Source: Octopus sinensis | Taxonomy: Eukaryota | Assembly (NCBI RefSeq): GCF_006345805.1 | Contig: NC_042998.1 | Location: forward strand, 148,738,001-148,802,000 | Reading direction: 5' to 3' | Length of the DNA stretch: 64,000 bases | Shown here: positions 1-10,557 of the stretch, piece after piece | Numbering within the stretch: the stretch's first letter is position 1 | How the letters are laid out: each line of letters starts with the position of its first letter | Position numbers and translations under genes: made by a program | The notes under the pieces: generated by a model | Told to the model about the DNA's origin: nothing | Seen by the model: only the letters and a program-made list of their open reading frames with translations | The model's database searches: none

Positions 1-42
1 AATTTGGTAGACGGAGACTGAAAGAATCCTGTCGTATATATA

Positions 43-122
<80 letters not shown>

Positions 123-315
123 ATATATATATATATGTGTGTGTGTGTATGCGTGCGTGTGCGTATGTGTGTGTCTTTGTGCTTGTGTTTGTCCCCTGTT
201 ACACCTTGACAAGCAGTGTTGGTGTGTTTATGTCAACGTAATGTAGCGGTTCGACAAAAGATACCGATAGAATAAGTACTAGGCTTAAGAAATAAGTCCT
301 GGGGTTAATTTGTGA
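1..315 (+). mobile_element. SINE remnant, family 2 (head + internal microsatellite + tail)
   Basis: The tail motif cttgacaa..gtgttggtgtgttta..gtaa..tagcggttcg.caaaaga.accgatagaataagtactaggctt recurs at about 990-1200, 15060-15270 and 34280-34490 (+), and at 27330-27500, 41040-41255 and 47055-47160 (-). Confidence 0.75.
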
Positions 316-411
316 GATTCAAAATTAGTTTATAAGCTTCTCTGGAAGTATTCAGATGTATAAATGCGAGCAAAAGTTTGACCGCCAAAACAAAGCAATA
401 TTTTCATAAAA

Positions 412-577
412 CAAACCAATCATTGTGTTTGCTTTTCTGGTATTTTGATCTGAAAATCTTATAAATCAAACCAATCATTGTGTTTGCTTTTCTGGTATTT
501 TGAACTGAAAATCTTGTCCAAAGACAATTTTTGTTCCGTCACATTTTTGTTCCGTCACATTTTTGTTCCGTCCAAAG
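412..577. repeat. Local tandem duplications
   Basis: A 49-bp unit at 412-460 and 467-515, then about 3 copies of atttttgttccgtcac (527-572) bracketed by gtccaaag. Confidence 0.9.
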
Positions 578-719
578 TGCTCTGAAATCTAAATATAAAA
601 AGAAGCGCAAATACATTAAACGCTTTTTTATTATTGAAAATAAGATTGCTACGACTTGCAAATATATCTTTTAGCGTGATATATATTATATGTATGTGTG
701 TGTGTATGTGTGTGTGTGT

Positions 720-1200
720 GTACGTGCGGTGTGGTAACTTTGCATCCCAGCCACTCGGTCCCGGGTACAGTCACACTGCGCGGCACCTTGTGAGTGGATT
801 TGGTAGAAGCTATACACACAGAGATAGTCACACACACACACACGCACATGTATATATATATATATATAATATATATATAAGAATTTCGTTGTATATATAT
901 AGAGATATCTGTGTGTGTGTGAGTGTATGTATGTATGCATGCATGTATGTACGTCTTTGAGTAAGTACGTGTGTGTGTGTGTCTGTGTGTTTTTGTATAT
1001 GTGTTTTTCCCCATCACCGCTTGACAACCGGTGTTTCGTGTGTTTGTGTTCCCGTAATCTAGCGCTTCGGCAAAGAGACCGATACTATTAGTACTGATCT
1101 TAAAAAATAAACCCTTTGGTTGATTTGCTCGACTAAAATTTCTTCAAGTCAGTGCTCCAGCATGGCCGTAGCCAAATAACCGAAACAAATAAAAGTTATA
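720..1200 (+). mobile_element. SINE, family 2
   Basis: tRNA-like head (720-810), (TG)n middle and tail shared with the copy at 34055-34490. Confidence 0.7.
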
Positions 1201-1862
1201 CATTCTATATATACAAACACACACACACACACGCACACACACACACATACACACACACATACACACACAGCCACATATACGTATGCATGTATATCATATT
1301 GAAATGCTGACGGTCTTCTCATTTCATCTTTTTCTGTATTTGGATTCAATGACATAGAACTACGAAGCCATATGCATCATATTGTATCCTAAAGTGTGTT
1401 AAACGTAAGTTGCCCAGTTGTAAATGTGCTTCTCAGAAGTCTGAGATAGTTTGTAAACGTTGATAGCTATAGCAAAAGAACTATAGCTGGTGTCGCTTTC
1501 ACGACATGAATATCACGTGTCCTTAGCTGAGTGATACAGGACTAATGCCTATAAGCCACGTTGATTTTGTCTCAGATCTCTCACTCTTCTAACAACTGAA
1601 GAGATGGTTGTATCTCGACAGCTTAAGTCATACGGAGCTGATTATAGAAAGATTAGAAGGTGTGTTCTAGACCACGCCTTCCAACCCTATAAATTCGAAT
1701 GTAGAATTTGAAAGCAACACAAGCCCAACAAATGTCCAGGTCGACTGTTTAAAATCTAACCTGATGATGATGGTTTATATATTATGATACAATCTTTTAC
1801 GACTACATTAAATAAAATTTTGCCTACATAGCTGATGTAAACTTTAAACACTGTTCGCGTTA

Positions 1863-1898
<36 letters not shown>

Positions 1899-1904
1899 GT
1901 GTGT

Positions 1905-2057
1905 GACAAGGAAAATAAGATAAGGTAGAAAATGCTAAAATAATTTTGTCATGAAGAACAATTTAGCACCGGTTTCAGACTTTGCGACTTTTTCAACTTA
2001 GAGCAATGCACGAAAAACAACTAAATTGTGGAAAAATTAAATGATTGTTTTTAAATA
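1905..2057 (-). mobile_element. Penelope-like terminal repeat fragment with decayed U3-A8 hammerhead motif
   Basis: Homologous to 38410-38530 (gaaaatgctaaaataatttt...accggtttcag...ttttcaact). Minus strand 2000..1962 reads UAAG UUGAAAA AGUC GCAAA GUCU GAAA CCGG UG CUAAA. Confidence 0.6.
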
Positions 2058-2157
2058 NNNNNNNNNNNNNNNNNNNNNNNNNNNNNNNNNNNNNNNNNNN
2101 NNNNNNNNNNNNNNNNNNNNNNNNNNNNNNNNNNNNNNNNNNNNNNNNNNNNNNNNN
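2058..2157. other. Assembly gap (100 N)
   Basis: Run of N. Confidence 1.
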
Positions 2158-2999
2158 AAATGTCACTATGCATTTTGCCCGGCGTGCTAACAATTCTGCC
2201 TGCTCGACGCCTTGGTCTTATACCATATTGATGACCCATACAGTGGGGAACTTTCGCACTCTATTATGTAAATACATTAGAATAAGGTAAAAGTAAGTGT
2301 TGGAATCCAAGTGGCATATTCATTGACAAAACCCCGGTGTATTTTGTTCATAGAGACAGACTTAACACGTACGAACGGCACAGTTTTATCTATAGACACA
2401 GCTTCGACACCGAAGCAATTTTCTTCGTAGACACACCTTCAACCAGTTTCGAAACGGTAATAGTTTGACAAGGTCTGCTTGTTATATGGGGCTATCTTGC
2501 GACCAGCTAAAACCTCAAGATGTGGCGCCGAAGCGTCTGTGGAAATATTCAATCTCATCTCAAGAAGCTTTATGTCTTATTTGCAATAAATTCTTTCTAT
2601 CGGTTTTAATATGGGTTATTACTGAATATTTTATAAATATGGTATCATATTAGCAAATACCACGCATGCATGTACGTTTTCGAAATCGCACTAGAGTAAA
2701 ATAACAAAATTAATATAAATTAGCGTAATATTTCTTCCTTATTTTCATATCGAGAGAAATTATTGCGAAACTGTCATTGTATATTTTTGTTTGGATATTT
2801 AAAAAATGTTTTTTTAACACATATCTAATTTTAATTCGGATTTTAACTAATCTAAAATAAAGTAGATTTAGTATATTTATTAAATCTATCACGCATGCTA
2901 AGATATATTTACTTCGATCAAAATTTTATAACTGTATATATGAATATTAAAACTACTATACTAAATAAGTTTATAAATATAAACATGCAACTGCATAGA

Positions 3000-3055
<56 letters not shown>

Positions 3056-3166
3056 TACACATATACGCACATGCATATGTATACACACTCACACACACAT
3101 ACACACATACATATATATACACATATATATATGCATATATATATATTAGTATATATATGTGTGTGT

Positions 3167-3206
<40 letters not shown>

Positions 3207-3498
3207 TAATATATATATATATATATAATACATACATGCATACACACATACATTCATATAGAAACATGCAAAACACACAAGCATTGATGTATTTATGCAC
3301 TCCCCCACATATATATATATATATATGCGTATGTATACGGGCCTATAGCAGTATTGGTATGCACATATACAAACCGGCATATATACATATAAATGCACAA
3401 ATTTGACTCATATACATTTACACATGATCGTATCTATTTATGTATTTGAATTTACATGTTCATATCTATGTAAAACAGGCAGCCAAATACATGTATGG

Positions 3499-3557
<59 letters not shown>

Positions 3558-3919
3558 GAGTGCATGTGGGTCTATGCACTTCGACATTCAACTAACTATT
3601 CATTTCGTAAATTATAGATATATTAAGCTTTACACCTTTGTTTATGGATATATATGTATGTAATGTATGTGTGTGTGTATACATATACGCATGTATATGT
3701 GCATATTCCATATGTACAATGCATACATACATATATATATTATGTATGTATATATACACATATATATCATATATATATATATATATATATAATTATATAT
3801 ATAATATATATATATATATATTACATATTGGTATTATATATATATATATATATATATGCCGTAAATATATGTGAACAGAATGGAGTGCTCTATACAACAG
3901 TACAGTAATATGTATATAT

Positions 3920-4586
3920 ATAAATATAAGAGAGTAACCACTATGTGGTCGACTCTAGCACTAAAAATAGATCCGCTAGGTTTCAGCTACAAAGAATTGT
4001 TTCCGATGAAAGTTAGCACGACTACTAGCGCAAACGAACAGGGCAAATAAAAATAACAAAAATACAGATTAGTTCAGGACAATTGTTTCGCTATTAATAA
4101 CTTATGTAATTTTACTCACACAACATATCTGTAGCTCTTCAGCCGAACCCGTCCAGAATACAGTTTACTCAACCGCACGCTAGATTTTACCATAACGATA
4201 AACACACGTGCGGTTCAGTCGATTGCATTCGCTGTTATAATTCAAGGGCCCCTGCCACAGCCCGCCAAAATTCACGGAAACAGATACTACATCCAAAATT
4301 AAATGTAGTATAATTACAATCAACTAATAAGGGTGAGAAAATTGGATACTAATTTAATAGTACATCCATTTAACACCAAGTGGCTGAGTGCATCAAAACC
4401 AGGAATACAATAAATTTTATACATAAATATAAGAGAGTAACCACTATGTGGTCGACTCTAGCACTAAAAATAGATCCGCTAGGTTTCAGCCACAAAGAAT
4501 TGTTTCCGATGAAAGTTAGCACGACTACTAGCGCAAACGAACAGGGCAAATAAAAATAACAAAAATGCAGATTAGTGCAGGACAAT
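3920..4586 (-). mobile_element. Hammerhead-containing 503-nt unit with 164-bp terminal direct repeat (retrozyme/pLTR-like)
   Basis: 3920-4083 and 4423-4586 match with 3 substitutions (offset 503). No recognisable ORF. Confidence 0.8.
4072..4148 (-). ncRNA. Type I hammerhead ribozyme, complete core
   Basis: GUUCGG CUGAAGA GCUA (38 nt) UAGC GAAA CAAUUG UC / CUGAAC. Six-bp stem I, palindromic stem III ACAAUUGU, GUC site between 4078 and 4077. Confidence 0.85.
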
Positions 4587-4717
4587 AACTGTGTGTGTGT
4601 GTGTGCGTATGCATATATATATATATATACGTATATATATATACATATATATACACACACACGCACGCACACACAACATACACACACACACATACACACA
4701 CCACACACACACACACG

Positions 4718-4764
<47 letters not shown>

Positions 4765-4971
4765 TATATATAATAATTACTTTAAGGACTGTTACTACAA
4801 GTAAAGTCACATGCTAGAGAGGGATGCCAAAGTCAAAATACTTTATCAAATATACACACACGGCTGAAATCGAGGGAATGAACAAAGAAAAATTCCTTCA
4901 AAAGGTTCGTGGATCGTTGGCGATTTTTTTCCCTCCATTTTCCTTTTCTCTTGGACTCATTTCCATCTCTT

Positions 4972-5006
4972 GTTTCTGATGAAGAGCTTTGCTCAAAACG
5001 TAAAAC
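4972..5006 (+). ncRNA. Minimal hammerhead motif with G12A change
   Basis: GUUU CUGAUGA A GAGC UUU GCUC AAAA CGU A / AAAC. ACGU palindrome; GAAA has become AAAA at a CpG. Confidence 0.7.
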
Positions 5007-5354
5007 CACCTTTCTTTCCTTCACTGAGCGTCTGCGAATACTTTGCATGTACCACGTCGTCGCGTTGTTTTTTTTCTTCTTGTGTTTGTTCTCCATTTTT
5101 CTTGGGATTTACTACACACACACAGATATATACATATATATATATATATACAGATTAATTTAATAAAATCAATAAATTTCACCTAGTAGTATTTCGTTTT
5201 TCCTTTCTTCTTTTACCATATATGAGTTACAAATACTGTTGTTTGTGGAGACTTATTTTTGTAGTAATAGTAATAGTAGCCCTTTGACTGCTATTTCTAA
5301 TATTTTCGGTATGTGGTTTAAGCAACTTGTTGCAAAAAACCCTTTATTATAATT

Positions 5355-5390
<36 letters not shown>

Positions 5391-5403
5391 TATTATAATA
5401 TAG

Positions 5404-5482
<79 letters not shown>

Positions 5483-5485
5483 TAT

Positions 5486-5519
<34 letters not shown>

Positions 5520-6014
5520 ATATATATATATATATATAATATACATGTATATATACACATACATACACAACTAACAAAAATACGTACAGCGAAAATCACA
5601 TCTTTAATCTAGAATTCACTTTATAAAGCCGACATTTTAGGCGGTAATGGTATGTCTTTTAAAAATGTGTCTGTAAAAATTACTCCATTTCAAAGATAAT
5701 CCGCTGTAAGTATTCCAAATTAAGAGATTAATAAAGTCTATAACTAGAACGAAATAAGATACCCAGGCAGATATCAACAAGGCACTCAGTTTTAAACGAA
5801 TTTGGTCAACTATATCAAACAATCAGACACCAGTAAATGTAAGTAGAATACACATCGAAGGTAATTCTTCATGTACAAGTAGATCCAGATATCCTTTAGA
5901 AGAATTTCGAGAAATTCAAAGTATTTGACAACAAAAAAACGGATAGAGAAAATCATATCTTTAATGTAGAATTCACCTTTATTGATATGTGGTGAAGTTT
6001 AAATTTCTTTTTTT

Positions 6015-6059
<45 letters not shown>

Positions 6060-6067
6060 ATATATAT

Positions 6068-6548
6068 ATAGAATGGTTGTATACTGTCAATCTAACAAGA
6101 ACGTGACAGTAGGGGGTACACCACCGTTGTATAGCCCTAGGAGGCATCGAACGCCTCCTGACAGCTTCGAAACATTTTTTCCCTGTGTCCTTATATACAT
6201 ATACGAAGGGGAGACAAACACTCCCGCCGTCGGAACTGCATCAAGGGACACCGTGTTTCAGGATCATATATACATATATACAGATACGAAGCCTAGACAA
6301 ATATCACCAGCCGACCGGTGTCTGCTACTCTAGGCCCATGAAGGACAATGATCCTGAAACACGGTGTCCCTAGATGCAGTTCCGACGGCTGGGGGTGTTT
6401 GTCTCCCCTTCGTATATGTATATAAGGACACCGGGAAAAAATGTGTCGAAGCTGTCAGGAGGCGTTCGATGCCTCCTAGGGCTATACAACGGTGGTGTAC
6501 CCCCTACTGTCACGTTCTTGTTAGATTGACAGTATACAACCATTCTAT
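6068..6548. mobile_element. Fold-back element, ~200-bp inverted arms, 80-bp spacer
   Basis: 6068-6267 is the near-exact reverse complement of 6348-6548. Confidence 0.95.
6329..6374 (+). ncRNA. Hammerhead motif with mutated core at fold-back hinge
   Basis: UCUAGG CCCAUGA AGGA CAAUGA UCCU GAAA CACGGUG UC / CCUAGA. All three stems pair, but CUGAUGA reads CCCAUGA. Confidence 0.7.
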
Positions 6549-6598
6549 CGCCCCACCACGTACATATCTCTACGAGAGATTAGAAATTCAATATTTCT

Positions 6599-6662
<64 letters not shown>

Positions 6663-6984
6663 TATATTATGTAAGTATGTATGTATGTGTGCGTGTGTGT
6701 TGTATGTGTGTGTGTTTGTGTGTGCGTTGTGTGGTGTGTGAGTGTGTGTGTGTGTGTCCGCGCGCGTCTGTGTTAAGAGCGTTTGAAGTGATGTACAGAT
6801 ATCGTATATTAAGAAGGAGGCAGTCAGAATTTTGGATAATTCTTTATAAGCGCTTTCGTCTATTCAATCGAACTGACTGCCTCCTTCATAATGCATATAC
6901 GGGTTGACATCGCTAAAAACTCACCTGTATAAATACAAACTACTTACCAGTTCAAATCTGCTTGAGGCATACGTTAATACCCCG

Positions 6985-7110
6985 TTCTGTGTTGAAATTT
7001 CGCCGGGGTCGATTTTACTTTTCATCCTTTCGGGGTCGATAAAGTAAGTACCAGTTGAGCATTGGTGTCAATGTAATTCACTTACCTCCTGCCCCGAAAT
7101 TGCTATTCTT
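6985..7110 (+). mobile_element. tRNA-derived SINE, family 1 (partial)
   Basis: Core gtcgactttgcctttcatcctttcggggtcgataaa..aagtaccag. Also at 2158-2215 (-), 18738-18900 (-), 22035-22130, 25010-25185 (-), 36679-36921 (-), 43760-43960, 44700-44900 and 55457-55650. Confidence 0.8.
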
Positions 7111-8372
7111 CGGTCAAAATTTGAAACTGATATTTAATAGTTCATGGTGGGCTTAGCTTCGTCATCCATGTGCTTCTTATTTTCAAGCGTGCACTATACC
7201 AAGATTACGTTTCATTTTGGTTTTTATTTTGTTATCGTTTATTTCAAATGAAATTATTTATTCTGTATTTAGTGTATCCTATATACGTTAATAAATTGTA
7301 GCCGTTATCTTCCTCTATTCTTTTGAAATAATACATAGGTTGGTATCATTTACTAGAGTCTTAATTATGTGTTTTGTATGTATATATATTCATCAAATAA
7401 TTAATTAAAATACCTGATGATAGAGAGAGGTGTTCACTTTTATCACAACAATAATGTGTGCCTTTTGAGATAAATATAAAACATTGAGTTTTTAACTTTA
7501 GCGTCAACAAATTAATCTGTATTATGTAGGTGCTTCTTGAATCTGTATCGTTGTCAAGAAACGGTGTATTCTCTCTTCTGCCTGCAAGGATTCTTCTAGC
7601 TCGAATAATAAGTATTGACTCAAATTTTGGCACAAGGTCAGTAATTGTAAGGGGAAGAGATTAACCGATATCATTGCCTCCAGCGCATGACTGATACTTT
7701 ATTTTATAATAATAATAATAATAACTTCGGTCTAAATAATAACGTGGACGTACTCTAAGAAACTCTCCACAAAACAAACTTAATCCAGTAAGATCGGTGC
7801 AATGGAAGGAAAACTTCGCGATACAACTATGGGAAAAGTCCTGTTAAAGCAAAGGAACTAAAACGGCAGAAAGAATTTTGTTACTTGCAATGTAGTTTTT
7901 CTCTTAAATGCGTGATATCTCAATGTGACATACACGAGACGTCGTAACCAGCACCAGGAACCTTGGAACAACACACTAATTACACAGTAGGTGCGTAAAT
8001 TGAAATATCGCCTATACATGCAACTGTTAATGCATCCATGTGCACATGCTAATATTGATAAGCAACATAAAAATGCCTACACGACACACGCAGAAAATAA
8101 AAGAAAAACACATGTCACGAGCGACGGTGGGGTTCCTTGATTATCTCTAGAGGTCCTCCTGTATCAGCAGGTCCCCCTCACAATCACATTTTTTGTTTTC
8201 CCACATTTTTCTAGTGTCATATACTATATAAACTTCCCTTCTTCTAATGTATACCGTGTATTCTTTTTATGTTATCATCCCATTATACATAAATCCCCAC
8301 ATTGTATGTCTGCCTTTGTATTGTCTGCCTTTGTATTGTCCCCTCATCCTTCGCCCTGTTGGCAAATAAAAG

Positions 8373-8415
<43 letters not shown>

Positions 8416-8434
8416 TATTATTATTATTATTATT

Positions 8435-8532
8435 GAGTGAGAGAGCAGTTCATGCCATCAAAGTGACACTGGGGTAAAATATACGAAACCCAATATACCC
8501 ATCATGACTACCCGTCTGATAAGGGTACACCA

Positions 8533-8575
<43 letters not shown>

Positions 8576-9190
8576 TGTTATCATTACTATTATCATTATC
8601 ATTATCATCATCAACATCATCATCGTTGTTATTATTATTATTATTACTGGGTGAGAGATCAATGCATTCCATGAAAGTGATACTGAGATACAAATATACG
8701 AAGCCCAGTATACCCATCATGACAACCCGTTGGATAAGGGTACACCAGGCACATGCATCCCTACCATATGTGCGCAACATGGTAATATCATATCGCATAA
8801 CTTTGCAGGTGGGGCACAGTTAAAACTTTCTCCAGGTCGAGTAGCCCATCCCGCTCAAAAGGTCCCTGAATAAAGGTTGTTTGAGGATGAACAAAACACC
8901 CATATTTCCAGAGGTTAATTATTCATACCCTAAATAATCCCTCTCAATACATTGCTATGATGCTCCCCCACTACTTCTGCTCGTGATCAGAGATGCACAT
9001 ATCGTCAACCATCAATGGACATGCTCGGCTGATTAAGGTCAAACAACTGACAAGCAAATCTGTGGTATCGAGCAGAATATCAGCTGTAGCCCATCTTTTA
9101 TACCAAGACAGACCGTACATGATAACATTTCCAATCAGTAAAGAGCAGAAGCCATGACAGTCACCGACTGGTAGTGCATCGAGGTATTCA
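8435..9190 (-). mobile_element. Non-coding interspersed repeat in TAA arrays (partial 8435-8533, long copy 8648-9190)
   Basis: Clearly homologous to 45058-45536. Each copy abuts (TTA)n on its left. Confidence 0.8.
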
Positions 9191-9207
9191 TTATCATTAA
9201 TAATGAT

Positions 9208-9238
<31 letters not shown>

Positions 9239-9246
9239 GCAACAAT

Positions 9247-9298
<52 letters not shown>

Positions 9299-9597
9299 GC
9301 AATAATAATAATTATAACCCTTTCCAATATAGGCACAAAGCCTGAATTTATATATATATATAAACAGAAGCACTTAAATAGGATAGAAGCAAGCTGTGAG
9401 AAACTATAGAGAACCGCGATCACAACAGACACACACACACGCGTATGCGCGCGCGCAAAAAAACACACAAAGTTGAAGCACTTTTTTTCACCTTTTTTTA
9501 CTCTTTTACATACTACAATTAGCCGTCATTTTTGACGGCACGGGGCCAGCTATTAATAATGATAATATTAGTTGTAGTAGTAGTAGTAGTAGTAGAA

Positions 9598-9644
<47 letters not shown>

Positions 9645-10472
9645 TGATTGCCTGTCACCACTGATCTTTGTACTGTGCTTGATACCACTAACACTGATTC
9701 TGAGGAGAGCAAAAGCTGAGTATGTATTCAAAATCCGCCAAAAGAAAATCAACCATTTGTTCTTCGTGGATGGTAAAGATGAAGCCTAAGTCAGTTCCCT
9801 CGTTGATACGTTGTATACTTTCAGTATATCAGAATGGAGTTCGGACTGAGAAAGTGTGGTGCGTTAGTCTTGAAGGAAGGCAAAATCAAATGTATGGACG
9901 AGCTATCGATACCGTCGGGGGAGGTTATTAAACAGATAGAAGAGACTGGCCATAAGTACTTGGAGATATTGGAAATGGATAAATTGATGAGAAAGAAATG
10001 ACAGCAAAATTTAAGGTGGAGGTACTTGCGCAGACTGAGACTGATCCTTAAGTGGAAATTAAACGGGCGGAATAAGAAGCCGGACATAGTCTTAATTGAG
10101 AAAGTAAGCAAACTATGCTGGATCATAGCTATAGCATGCCCGGCTGACAACAAGGTATACAATAAGGAAGAAAGAAAAGTCGATAGATATGACAGGTTAG
10201 CTTGGGAGGTTAGGCAGGTGTGGTCGATGAAATAGGTGGTAGTAGAACCAATAATTGTCGGAGCCCTGGGAACAGTGAGCAAAAATCTCGAGAAGTACAT
10301 GGAACAAATAGGGGCTGCAATAAGGGTGGAGCACTTGCAGAAAACAGCACTGCTTGGAAACGCTCAAATACTCCGGAAGGTGCTCGAAAAATATGAGGTG
10401 TTACCTTGGTTCACAGGTGGTGAACAGCTGACACCGTAGCACATATCCAGCGTTAGAAGCTGCGCAAATGCA

Positions 10473-10476
<4 letters not shown>
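9645..10476 (+). mobile_element. R4/Dong-type LINE fragment, internally deleted
   Basis: RT piece DCLSPLIFVLCLIP..INHLFFVD is joined to endonuclease piece KPDIVLIEK..IACP..EPIIVGALG. (AAT)n on both sides. Confidence 0.85.

Positions 10477-10555
<79 letters not shown>

Positions 10556-10557
<2 letters not shown>

Noticed and set aside
412-577. Short repeats as a CRISPR-like array
   Set aside because: These are direct tandem copies without unique spacers, in a eukaryotic context.
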